DNA of 28,061 nt from Campylobacterota bacterium (GTDB taxonomy: Bacteria > Campylobacterota > Campylobacteria > Campylobacterales > Arcobacteraceae): NCBI GenBank assembly GCA_051746405.1, contig JBNJFB010000028.1, positions 1 to 28,061 on the forward strand, written 5' to 3'. The notes beneath the pieces were generated by a model that ran no database searches, was not told where the DNA came from, and was given only the letters and a program-made list of their open reading frames with translations. The position numbers were made by a program, and so were the translations under genes. This document shows positions 8,402 through 16,703 of the stretch, one piece after another. Within the stretch, counting starts at the first letter, position 1, and each line of letters begins with the position of its first letter.

Positions 8402-9316
8402 CTACTTTATAAAATACTCAATAAGTTCAATATAAAAATATAAAAGAAACACAAATAAAATACTTGAGACTAAGATGGTTGCAGTTACATCAAAAGGCTT
8501 ACAGTTGTAGAGTGCAGCTAAGTTTACATTATTAACAGCAAGTGGTACCATAAGCTCCATAATTAAAATAGACGCCACATAAGAGTCTAACTCACTATAG
8601 TTTACTACAATAAATATACCTACTAATGGTAAAAAAATATGCTTTACAAAAGATATTTGAAATGATAAATGCCAAGGAATTGTTTTAAGTCTTATATTTG
8701 ATAAATACACCCCAAAAATCACAAGCTGTATTACCATAGATGTATAAGCACCCATTTCCAAAGCTGAATAAACATGTTTATTTATTTCTATTGAGTTATA
8801 GTTTACTAATAAAGCTAAAAGAGCAAACCATATTCCAGGAATTTTCAAAATTGAAAATAGTGCATTTTTTATAGAAAACTGCTCCCTTGCAAAAAAATAT
8901 ACTGAAAAAATATATATAAAAAATATGTTTGCGATGTTTATAATGCTTGTATAAGGAACAGACTCTACTCCAAAAAGTGCAATTCCTAATGGAATACCTA
9001 AGTTTCCTGTATTTCCTACTAAGGCACTTGCTAAATAAATTGATTGCTCTTTTCTATCTTTAAAGATTATTTTATTTACAAATAGTAATACTATTAAACA
9101 ACTCATTACAATTAGTAAATAAAATATAGGTGACATTACAAAATTATAATCAATGGGACTTTTTGTTAAACCCCAAAAAATTAAAATTGGTTGCAAAAAA
9201 TATATTGATAAAAGCACTAAGGTTTTTTCATTTATCTCATTTTTGAAAATCTTTTTTATTGTGTATCCAACTAAAATAAAAAAGTATATTGGTAGTACTG
9301 ATAATATAGCTTCTAT
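8402..9316 (-). CDS. AEC (auxin efflux carrier/malate permease-like) family transporter, apparent non-canonical ATA start
   Basis: GNTGNLGIPL and VPLAVN motifs, multi-TM. The frame stays open upstream of the GTG at 9217, encoding (I)EAILSVLPIYFFILVGYTIKK..., up to ATA at 9316. That ATA lies 6 nt after AAGGA (9327-9323), with an in-frame TAA at 9331-9329. Confidence 0.8.
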   Translation of the reverse strand: MEAILSVLPIYFFILVGYTIKKIFKNEINEKTLVLLSIYFLQPILIFWGLTKSPIDYNFVMSPIFYLLIVMSCLIVLLFVNKIIFKDRKEQSIYLASALVGNTGNLGIPLGIALFGVESVPYTSIINIANIFFIYIFSVYFFAREQFSIKNALFSILKIPGIWFALLALLVNYNSIEINKHVYSALEMGAYTSMVIQLVIFGVYLSNIRLKTIPWHLSFQISFVKHIFLPLVGIFIVVNYSELDSYVASILIMELMVPLAVNNVNLAALYNCKPFDVTATILVSSILFVFLLYFYIELIEYFIK

Positions 9317-9381
9317 AATTTTTCCTTTTTATTTTTTGAGATTTTATCATAATGTAATAAAATCTAAGGTATTCTACGTTT

Positions 9382-9786
9382 ATGTATAATGAACTAAAAA
9401 ACAAAACCATTTTATATGTTGAAGATGACATTCAAATTCAAGAGCAGACCTGTTCACTACTTAAAGTTGTATTTAAAGAAGTAATACAAGCATTAGATGG
9501 ACAAGAAGGACTTGAAAAGTTTGAAAAATATCATAAAGATATTGATGCAGTTATAACAGATATAAATATGCCAAATATGTCAGGTACTGATATGATAAAA
9601 AAAATAAATGAGCAGTATGATATGAAAGATATTCCAATAATTGGTGTATCAGCTTACTCTGATGATGATTTAGTATTAAAAAATGAATCAAAAGAGCTAT
9701 TTATTTCATACCTTAGAAAGCCTATTGAAATAAAATCTCTACTAGATGAGATTCAAAAGGCTTTGGATTTAAATGAGGTAGATTAA
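9382..9786 (+). CDS. Single-domain response regulator (CheY-like receiver)
   Basis: ILYVEDD, VITDINMPNMSG, GVSAY and YLRKPI; no output domain. Confidence 0.88.
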   Translation: MYNELKNKTILYVEDDIQIQEQTCSLLKVVFKEVIQALDGQEGLEKFEKYHKDIDAVITDINMPNMSGTDMIKKINEQYDMKDIPIIGVSAYSDDDLVLKNESKELFISYLRKPIEIKSLLDEIQKALDLNEVD

Positions 9787-11367
9787 CTACCCCATTATTC
9801 CTTTTATCATAAAGAAGATACCAGCTGATAAAATAGCTGCTGCAGGTACTGTTATAACCCATGCTGCTACTATTTTCTTAACTGTATCTCTCTTTACATA
9901 TTTTGTTTGCTTTTGAGCTTTTACATCTTTTTTCTCTTGCTTTACAATATCTTGCTTTTCATCAATTGCTTTATATAGTTCTGCTATTTTTATATACTCT
10001 TTTTTACTTTTTGAATCAAGTGCTTCTAGTGACTCTAAATCTTTTTGCATAGAGTTTAGCTCTTTTTTATGATCTTTGAATCTTTTTCTTAACTCATTTA
10101 AAACTCTTGTTTCATGGGAATCAAGATACTCCCTTAGAAATCCAACCCCAAAAACACCACCAACGGCTATATGAGTTGATGACACAGGTAAACCAAGTTG
10201 TGATGCGATAATAACAGTAATTGCAGCAGCCATTGCAATACTATAAGCTCTTATTTGATCTAACTCTGTAATTTCAGAACCAACAGTTCTAATAAGTTTA
10301 GGGCCAAATAGTGCTAACCCTACAGCAATTCCAATAGCACCAACTGCTAAAACCCAAAAAGGAATACCAACTTGGGCTGAAACTGTAGAGTTCATAACAG
10401 CATCATTAATAGCTGCTAATGGACCAATAGCATTTGCAACATCATTTGCACCATGGGCAAATGAAAGCAATGCAGCTGCAAAAATTAATGGAACTGTAAA
10501 TAGATTATTAATACTACTTCTATCATTACTTAGCTTATCAGCAGACTTTGCAATCATAGGCTTTACCAATACATAGATTATTATGGCAATTACTAAACCA
10601 ATAGATGCAGCAGTAAAGAAATCAAGTTTGATTACTTTTTTAACCCCTTTTAATATTAAATAAGTGGCAAAAGCCCAAGACATAAGTGCAATCAAATATG
10701 GCACAATTACTTTTGCAGATGTAATCATATCCTTTTTAAAAACTATTTTTGTTTTTATCAAATATAAAAAACCAGCTGCGATAATACCACCTAGTACAGG
10801 TGATATCACCCAAGAAGCAGCAATTTTACCCATTGTTCCCCATGAAACAATACTAAACCCAGCAGCAGCAATACCTGCACCCATAACACCACCTACAATT
10901 GAGTGTGTAGTAGATACAGGAGCTCTAACTGATGTTGCAAAGTTAAGCCAAATGGCTGCTGCTAATAGTGCAGCTGTCATAGCCCAAATATATGTTTGAG
11001 CATCTGCTATCATAGATGGATCTATTATTCCTTTTTTTATTGTCTTTACAACATCTCCACCTGCAATCAAAGCCCCCATTGCTTCAAAAATAGCTGCAAT
11101 TATAATTGCCCACATAAGTGTCATAGCTTTAGAGCCAACTGCAGGCCCCACATTATTTGCAACATCATTTGCACCAATATTCATGGCCATATAAGCACCA
11201 AAAACTGCACCAATAATCAAAAAAGAATTATTAGGAATATCACCATGTGAAGTATAGGACCATAAAAATACTACAAGTATAAATAAAAGTGCTAATGAAA
11301 TCTTAGCAAAACCAGGAAGTGTTTTTTGTGTAGCCTTTTCAAGCGAATTAAACGTTTTTATATCCAA
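9787..11367 (-). CDS. pitA: PiT family inorganic phosphate transporter
   Basis: Two GANDVAN signatures plus PVSTTH and PVSSTH. Start placed at TTG 11367 (AAGGG RBS upstream); the ORF-track start at 11421 overlaps the predicted -10. Confidence 0.9.
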   Translation of the reverse strand: MDIKTFNSLEKATQKTLPGFAKISLALLFILVVFLWSYTSHGDIPNNSFLIIGAVFGAYMAMNIGANDVANNVGPAVGSKAMTLMWAIIIAAIFEAMGALIAGGDVVKTIKKGIIDPSMIADAQTYIWAMTAALLAAAIWLNFATSVRAPVSTTHSIVGGVMGAGIAAAGFSIVSWGTMGKIAASWVISPVLGGIIAAGFLYLIKTKIVFKKDMITSAKVIVPYLIALMSWAFATYLILKGVKKVIKLDFFTAASIGLVIAIIIYVLVKPMIAKSADKLSNDRSSINNLFTVPLIFAAALLSFAHGANDVANAIGPLAAINDAVMNSTVSAQVGIPFWVLAVGAIGIAVGLALFGPKLIRTVGSEITELDQIRAYSIAMAAAITVIIASQLGLPVSSTHIAVGGVFGVGFLREYLDSHETRVLNELRKRFKDHKKELNSMQKDLESLEALDSKSKKEYIKIAELYKAIDEKQDIVKQEKKDVKAQKQTKYVKRDTVKKIVAAWVITVPAAAILSAGIFFMIKGIMG

Positions 11368-11426
11368 TGTAACCCTTTTGTAACTTTTTTGTAACCATTT
11401 TGTAATTAAAGTTAAATACAATTATA
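11368..11426 (-). promoter_or_regulatory. pit promoter (-10 TATAAT at 11426-11421) with four phased GTTACA direct repeats (Pho-box-like operator)
   Basis: Minus strand reads ATTACA-AAATG-GTTACA-AAAAA-GTTACA-AAAGG-GTTACA-TTG. On the + strand the units start at 11368, 11379, 11390 and 11401 (exact 11-bp period). Confidence 0.7.
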
Positions 11427-11639
11427 GTGGGTTAAACCTTTCTATATTTTTAAGCAAAATTAAAGTTTTTATGACTTATATATTTAATTTATATCAAATC
11501 TCTATATTTTATCCTTTACTTTTATTCACAAACTTGTTAAGATTTTTCAATATTATATTTTTTAAAGATTAAAATTTGACTTTACTCTTTATTTTATATA
11601 TAATCACTATATAATATATACATTTTAAAGGAGTACAAA

Positions 11640-11855
11640 ATGAAAGTAACAATTTTGTCAAAAAATGATCTTCCTAATATCGAAAAACTTCAAAAAGAGT
11701 TTAGTGTATTTAGAGTAATAAAAGTAAAAACGAAAGAGAAGCTTGATATGATTGAGTTTTTTAATAAAGATGGAGTTTTTAGAGGTTTTGGGAGAGATAC
11801 AAAAAAAGCATATAAAAAAGCTAAAAAAGCTTTAAAATCATACTACACTAATTAG
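11640..11855 (+). CDS. Small basic hypothetical protein (71 aa)
   Basis: Strong AAGGAG RBS 6 nt before the ATG, TATAAT boxes upstream and a hairpin at the stop codon. Confidence 0.75.
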   Translation: MKVTILSKNDLPNIEKLQKEFSVFRVIKVKTKEKLDMIEFFNKDGVFRGFGRDTKKAYKKAKKALKSYYTN

Positions 11856-11869
11856 TTTGTAGTATGATT
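11836..11869. terminator. Probable bidirectional terminator hairpin between the 71-aa gene and the DEAD-box helicase
   Basis: AATCATACTACA (11836-11847) and TGTAGTATGATT (11858-11869) form a perfect 12-bp inverted repeat between convergent genes. Confidence 0.65.
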
Positions 11870-11888
11870 ATGAAGTAAAAGAAGAGAC

Positions 11889-13382
11889 TTATCTTCTTCT
11901 ACTTCTTCTATTTGAGTTAGAGTTTGAACCACTTGAGTCGCTATTTCTTCTACTACTAGAAGAGTTTCCACCTCTATTTCCACCTTTTGAGTTTCTTCCA
12001 CCACTTCTATGTCTAGAGTTTCTATTACCTCTTCTATTATCACTAGGTTTTTTATTATTATTTCTTTGAATTAAGTTTATAATATCATTTTTTGTTTTTC
12101 CAATAATATTACTACCTTTTACATCAGATGATGAAACTACCATTGAAGCTAATTTATATGCAATAGTTGAAATATCAAAATCTTCTTTTAATCCTTCAAC
12201 TAATAGTAAAGCACTATCTTTTACATCTTCATCTTTGATTCTTTGTTTTAAATCAGTCTCTTTTCTTTTTTGAACTGAAGAGATATTTGGAATTTGCTTA
12301 GCTTCAAGTTTTGAACCTATAGTTTTTTCAATTTTTTGTAACATTCTAAACTCATGTGGTGTTACAATTGATACAGCAGAACCCTCTTTACCAGCTCTTC
12401 CTGTTCTTCCAATTCTATGCACATAAGAGTCACTATCAAAAGGTAAATGATAGTTAAATACATGCGTAACATCACTTACATCAAGCCCTCTTGCAGCAAC
12501 ATCTGTTGCAATTAAAACTTCGATTTTTGTGGTTTTGAAAGCTCTAATAGCTTCTTCTCTTTGTCTTTGCTCCATATCACCATGAAGTCCCTTTGCCATA
12601 TAACCTTGAGATACTAAAAATGTTGATAATCTATCAACCTCTTTTTTTGTTCTACAAAAGATTATTGATTTATCAGGATTTTTATAGTCAAAAAGTCTAA
12701 TTAATGCATCATCTCTTTCATACTCATCAACAACATAATATGATTGTTTGATTTTTGAATTAGTAACTTCTTTATTTGTAACTGTAACAAACTCTGGGTC
12801 TTTTAAAATTGTCTTAGCTAAGTTTTTAATAGCTTGAGGCATTGTTGCAGAAAAAAGTAGTGTTTGTCTTTTTGTTGGAAGATATTTGAATATATCTTTA
12901 ATATCATCCAAAAACCCCATATCAAGCATCTCATCTGCTTCATCTAATACAACAAACGATGGTGAGATAACTATCTTTTTATCACTTAATAAGTCAAGGA
13001 ATCTTCCTGGAGTTGCAACTAATATACTTGCATTGCTTATATGTTTTAACTGTCTTGAATAAGACTGTCCACCATACACAGTAGCAGTATTTATATCTAA
13101 AAACTTCCCAAACCTAAATAACTCATCTGAAACTTGCATAGCAAGCTCTCTTGTTGGAACAATTACAACTGCTTCAACACTTCCATCACATTTTAGTTGT
13201 TCTAAAATTGGAAGACCAAAAGCTGCAGTTTTACCTGTACCTGTATGTGCTTGCCCAACCATGTCTAAACCTTTTAATACAACTGGAATAGCTTGTGTTT
13301 GAATTGGACTAGGCTCTTTAAAGCCTGCAGAGTCAATACTTTTTTGTAAATTCTCTTTTAAATTAAATTCATTAAATGTCAT
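11889..13382 (-). CDS. deaD: DEAD-box RNA helicase (DeaD/CshA-like) with Arg/Ser/Gly-rich basic tail
   Basis: Q motif (PSPIQ), AHTGTGKT, PTRELA, TPGR, DEAD, SAT, ARGLD and HRIGRTGRAG. Confidence 0.92.
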   Translation of the reverse strand: MTFNEFNLKENLQKSIDSAGFKEPSPIQTQAIPVVLKGLDMVGQAHTGTGKTAAFGLPILEQLKCDGSVEAVVIVPTRELAMQVSDELFRFGKFLDINTATVYGGQSYSRQLKHISNASILVATPGRFLDLLSDKKIVISPSFVVLDEADEMLDMGFLDDIKDIFKYLPTKRQTLLFSATMPQAIKNLAKTILKDPEFVTVTNKEVTNSKIKQSYYVVDEYERDDALIRLFDYKNPDKSIIFCRTKKEVDRLSTFLVSQGYMAKGLHGDMEQRQREEAIRAFKTTKIEVLIATDVAARGLDVSDVTHVFNYHLPFDSDSYVHRIGRTGRAGKEGSAVSIVTPHEFRMLQKIEKTIGSKLEAKQIPNISSVQKRKETDLKQRIKDEDVKDSALLLVEGLKEDFDISTIAYKLASMVVSSSDVKGSNIIGKTKNDIINLIQRNNNKKPSDNRRGNRNSRHRSGGRNSKGGNRGGNSSSSRRNSDSSGSNSNSNRRSRRR

Positions 13383-13575
13383 TTCTTACCTTAAGTAAAG
13401 TTTATAAAATACACAGACTTTATATCCCTTAAATTAATTAAACATAACATTTTCTGTGGCTTTCGCATGATTGTTATAAATTGGTCAGTTCATCGAGTTT
13501 TGTAACTCAAAGAGTTATTAAGTATATAAAATGTGTATAATAGAGACATTGTATCTTTTTTTATATTAATTTAAG

Positions 13576-13607
13576 GTTAAGAAAAGAGTCACCACTCCTT
13601 TCTTAAC
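13576..13607 (-). terminator. Hairpin downstream of accC
   Basis: Minus strand GTTAAGAAAGGAGT-GGTG-ACTCTTTTCTTAAC forms a 14-bp stem with one G-U pair, starting 2 nt after the accC stop. Confidence 0.7.
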
Positions 13608-13609
13608 TA

Positions 13610-14962
13610 CTATAAGTCTTGAAGACCTTTATAACCCTCAAGATATTTTGTATCGTATTCGTTTGCGATGAAGTCATCATTTTCCATTATTTTTTTGTGG
13701 AATGGAATTGTAGTTTTTATTCCCTCTACTTCAAACTCATTTAAAGCTCTTTTCATTATATTTATTGCTTTATTTCTATCTCTTCCCCAAACAATTAACT
13801 TACCAATCATTGAGTCATAGTAAGGTGGCACAACATATCCAGCATAAACATGAGAATCAACTCTTACATTTCTTCCACCTGGTACAAACCATTGCTTAAC
13901 TTTTCCTGGACAAGGTAAAAAGGTATTTGCATCTTCTGCTGTAATTCTACACTCAATAGCATGTCCTGTAAAAGTTATCTCTTCTTGTGAAGGAAGCTCT
14001 TCACCTTGTGCAACTTTTATCATCCATTCAACTATATCCATTCCTGATACCATTTCTGATACTGGATGTTCAACTTGTAGTCTTGTGTTCATTTCCATAA
14101 AATAGATATTTTGCTTATCATCAGCTAAAAACTCAAATGTTCCTGCACCCTCATACTCTAAGTATTTTGTAGCTTTTACAGCAACATCATGCAGATGAGC
14201 TCTTGTTTCATCATTTAGTAAAATAGCAGGTGACTCTTCAATAACTTTTTGATGTCTTCTTTGAAGACTACAATCTCTCTCACCAATATGAATAGCATTT
14301 CCATGGGAATCACCAATAACTTGTACTTCAATATGTCTTGGTTTATTAATAAATCGCTCTAGGTACATTGTACCATCACCAAATGCAGCTAGGGCTTCTG
14401 ATGAAGCAGACATAAATAACTGGTCAAAATCTTCTTCTTTTTCGATCAGTCTCATACCTCTACCACCACCACCTGCTGATGCTTTTGCCATAATAGGATA
14501 ACCAATTTCAGAAGCTACTTTTCTACCCTCATCAACACTATGAACAGCACCATTACTACCAGGTACTACAGGTACACCTGCTCTTATCATCTCTTCTTTT
14601 GCTTTAGATTTATCAGCCATCTTTTCCATAACTTCAACAGATGGACCAATAAACTTTATATTGTGTAATCTACAAATCTCAACAAAATCTTGGTTTTCTG
14701 ATAAAAACCCATACCCTGGAAAAATTGCATCACAACCTGTCATTTCAGCTGCAGTTATTATTGCTGGAATATTTAAATAAGAATCAGAAGATTTTACATT
14801 ACCAATACATACAGCTTCATCTGCATGCTTTAAGTAAGATGCATTTTTATCTCCAACACTGTAAACTGCAACAGATTTTTTACCCATTTCTCTAATAGTT
14901 CTAACAGCTCTTTGAACAATCTCACCTCTGTTAGCTATTAAAATTTTTTTAATTTCAGCCAT
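13610..14962 (-). CDS. accC: Acetyl-CoA carboxylase biotin carboxylase subunit
   Basis: KILIANRGEI, PGYGFLSEN, GGGGRGMR, ERDCSLQRRHQK, EMNTRLQVEHPVSE and YDSMIGKLI. Confidence 0.97.
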   Translation of the reverse strand: MAEIKKILIANRGEIVQRAVRTIREMGKKSVAVYSVGDKNASYLKHADEAVCIGNVKSSDSYLNIPAIITAAEMTGCDAIFPGYGFLSENQDFVEICRLHNIKFIGPSVEVMEKMADKSKAKEEMIRAGVPVVPGSNGAVHSVDEGRKVASEIGYPIMAKASAGGGGRGMRLIEKEEDFDQLFMSASSEALAAFGDGTMYLERFINKPRHIEVQVIGDSHGNAIHIGERDCSLQRRHQKVIEESPAILLNDETRAHLHDVAVKATKYLEYEGAGTFEFLADDKQNIYFMEMNTRLQVEHPVSEMVSGMDIVEWMIKVAQGEELPSQEEITFTGHAIECRITAEDANTFLPCPGKVKQWFVPGGRNVRVDSHVYAGYVVPPYYDSMIGKLIVWGRDRNKAINIMKRALNEFEVEGIKTTIPFHKKIMENDDFIANEYDTKYLEGYKGLQDL

Positions 14963-14976
14963 ATTAATATCTTCTT

Positions 14977-15450
14977 TTATAGTTTTTCTACTGTAAATAG
15001 TGGCATATCATACTCTACTGGCTCACCATTATTTAGTAGTACTTCAATAATCTTACAATCAAACTCAGCTTCAACTTCATTCATTATTTTCATTGCTTCT
15101 AAAATACAAAGAGTTTGTCCTTTTTTAACTGTATCGCCTGGCTTTACAAAAGCAGGTGATTCTGGAGATGGACCTTCATAATATGTACCAACCATTGGTG
15201 AGTTTATTGTATCATTTGAATTATTTGATGCACTAGCTTGATTTTGCTGTGGTGCTTCAGATTGAACAGGAGCCGCTTGTGCAACTGGTGCAGCTTGTGC
15301 AACTGGTGCATTTTGATTTGTTGTAACTAAAGTATCCGAATCTAAACCTTTTTGCATAGAGATTTCAAACTCTCCCTCTTTTACTTTAAGTTTATTTAGT
15401 TCGCTTTTATCAAATACTCTAATTAACTCTTTAACTTCTTTAAAATTCAT
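14977..15450 (-). CDS. accB: Acetyl-CoA carboxylase biotin carboxyl carrier protein
   Basis: SPMVGTYY, EAMKIMNE biotinylation motif, Ala/Pro-rich linker, located upstream of accC. Confidence 0.97.
   Translation of the reverse strand: MNFKEVKELIRVFDKSELNKLKVKEGEFEISMQKGLDSDTLVTTNQNAPVAQAAPVAQAAPVQSEAPQQNQASASNNSNDTINSPMVGTYYEGPSPESPAFVKPGDTVKKGQTLCILEAMKIMNEVEAEFDCKIIEVLLNNGEPVEYDMPLFTVEKL
15275..15310. repeat. Two perfect 18-bp tandem copies in the accB linker
   Basis: GCTTGTGCAACTGGTGCA occurs twice (15275-15292 and 15293-15310) and encodes APVAQA-APVAQA. Confidence 0.85.
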
Positions 15451-15587
15451 AATCAGCCTTTAATCCTTCAATTTTTTCTTATAATATCTAAAATTTTATT
15501 ATAAATATATTTTTAGATACTTAAGCAAGCTACTTTTAAGCTAAAAAATTAAAAATTTGATATAATTTCAAAAAAAGTAGGATTGTT

Positions 15588-16028
15588 ATGTTAAGTGACA
15601 AAAATTTTATAAATATAGCCCATGAAATTGCTAGTGCATCTAAATGTGTATCAAAACAAGTGGGTGCGGTAATCGTAAAAGATGGTAGAATCTTATCAAC
15701 AGGATATAATGGAACTCCAGCTGGATATGTTAATTGTAGTGATTATTGGCAAAGCAACTATACAAAGCACCACCACGAATGGTCAAAAACTTATGAAATA
15801 CACGCAGAAATGAATGCTATAATTTGGGCAGCAAGAAAAGGTATAAGTATAGAGGGTGGAACGATTTATGTGACCTTAGAGCCTTGTAGCGAGTGTTCAA
15901 AAAATTTGATAGCTGCAGGAATACAAAGAATTGTTTATGATATTTCTTATGAGCATACAAACTCAGAAGTTGTATCAAAATTTATAAAAGAGAATCACAT
16001 AATAATTGAAAAAGTGATGAAAGATTAA
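15588..16028 (+). CDS. dCMP deaminase family protein (ComEB-like)
   Basis: VGAVIV, TGYNGTP, HAEMNAI and PCSEC zinc-deaminase motifs. Extended -10 TGaTATAAT at 15558-15566. Confidence 0.9.
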   Translation: MLSDKNFINIAHEIASASKCVSKQVGAVIVKDGRILSTGYNGTPAGYVNCSDYWQSNYTKHHHEWSKTYEIHAEMNAIIWAARKGISIEGGTIYVTLEPCSECSKNLIAAGIQRIVYDISYEHTNSEVVSKFIKENHIIIEKVMKD

Positions 16029-16031
16029 TTT

Positions 16032-16628
16032 TTGAATAATATAAAAATTGGATGTAAATACAACAAAGAGTTCTACAAAGATGTTATAGATAGATTTGGA
16101 GTTAGCCATCAAGGCGTTCATTGGCAATCAAAATATACTCAATACTTAAGATTTGAGGTTTTAACTTCATTTATTATTGATGATATTAAAAAAAGCAGTA
16201 TCGTTGATGCAGGTTGTGGTTTTGCGGAATACTATAAGTATCTTGATAAATATAATATAAACCCAAAGAAATATATAGGTATTGACCTTGAAGAAAAAAT
16301 GGTAGCACTTAGTAAAAAAAGATTTCCTAATCAGAGCTTTTTTATCAAAAATATACTTGATGAAAGACTTTTAAATGCAGACTATTATATAAGTAGTGGT
16401 GCTTTAAATATCCTAACAAAAGATGAGATGTTTTTATTTATAAAAAAGTGTTATGTTGCTTCAAATAAAGGTTTTGTTTTCAATTTTTTAAAAAATGAAA
16501 CCTTAAATAGTGTGTGTTACAATGAGGTATTAGAGTTTTGTAGAAATATAAACAAAAATCCACTTGTAAAAAACAACTATTTGTATAATGATATAAGTGT
16601 GTACTTAAGGAAAGACTTGACTAAATAG
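16032..16628 (+). CDS. Class I SAM-dependent methyltransferase
   Basis: IVDAGCGFA motif I, YIGIDL motif II and ADYYISSGALN. TTG start 3 nt after the upstream stop; exact start uncertain. Confidence 0.8.
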   Translation: MNNIKIGCKYNKEFYKDVIDRFGVSHQGVHWQSKYTQYLRFEVLTSFIIDDIKKSSIVDAGCGFAEYYKYLDKYNINPKKYIGIDLEEKMVALSKKRFPNQSFFIKNILDERLLNADYYISSGALNILTKDEMFLFIKKCYVASNKGFVFNFLKNETLNSVCYNEVLEFCRNINKNPLVKNNYLYNDISVYLRKDLTK

Positions 16629-16644
16629 TTAAGTAAATATAAAA

Positions 16645-16698
16645 TATCATATATATTTCATATACAAACTATAAAATCGTTTTATAACAATAAAGGAG
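16645..16698 (+). promoter_or_regulatory. lutA promoter with tandem TATCAT/TTTCAT activator box
   Basis: TATCAT 16645-16650, TTTCAT 16656-16661, 10 nt, TAAAAT 16672-16677, 6 nt, ATAACAA, then AAGGAG. Confidence 0.6.
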
Positions 16699-16703
16699 CG
16701 TGT

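Noticed and set aside
11368..11421. ORF-track N-terminal extension of Pit (MYLTLITKWLQKSYKRVT)
   Set aside because: It overlaps the predicted -10 and the repeat array; TTG 11367 has an RBS and is the better start.
11852..12043. 63-aa acidic ORF in an alternative frame of the helicase 3' end
   Set aside because: By-product of the purine-rich AGA/AGT codons of the Arg/Ser-rich tail; no clear RBS.
15275..15310. 18-bp tandem repeat as a contingency locus or CRISPR remnant
   Set aside because: In-frame duplication in the naturally variable Ala/Pro linker of AccB; only two perfect copies and no spacers.
178..16628. Anti-phage defence island (PIN, deaminase, helicase, methyltransferase)
   Set aside because: These genes are scattered among housekeeping genes, look like ordinary family members, and show no mobility genes or obvious compositional break.
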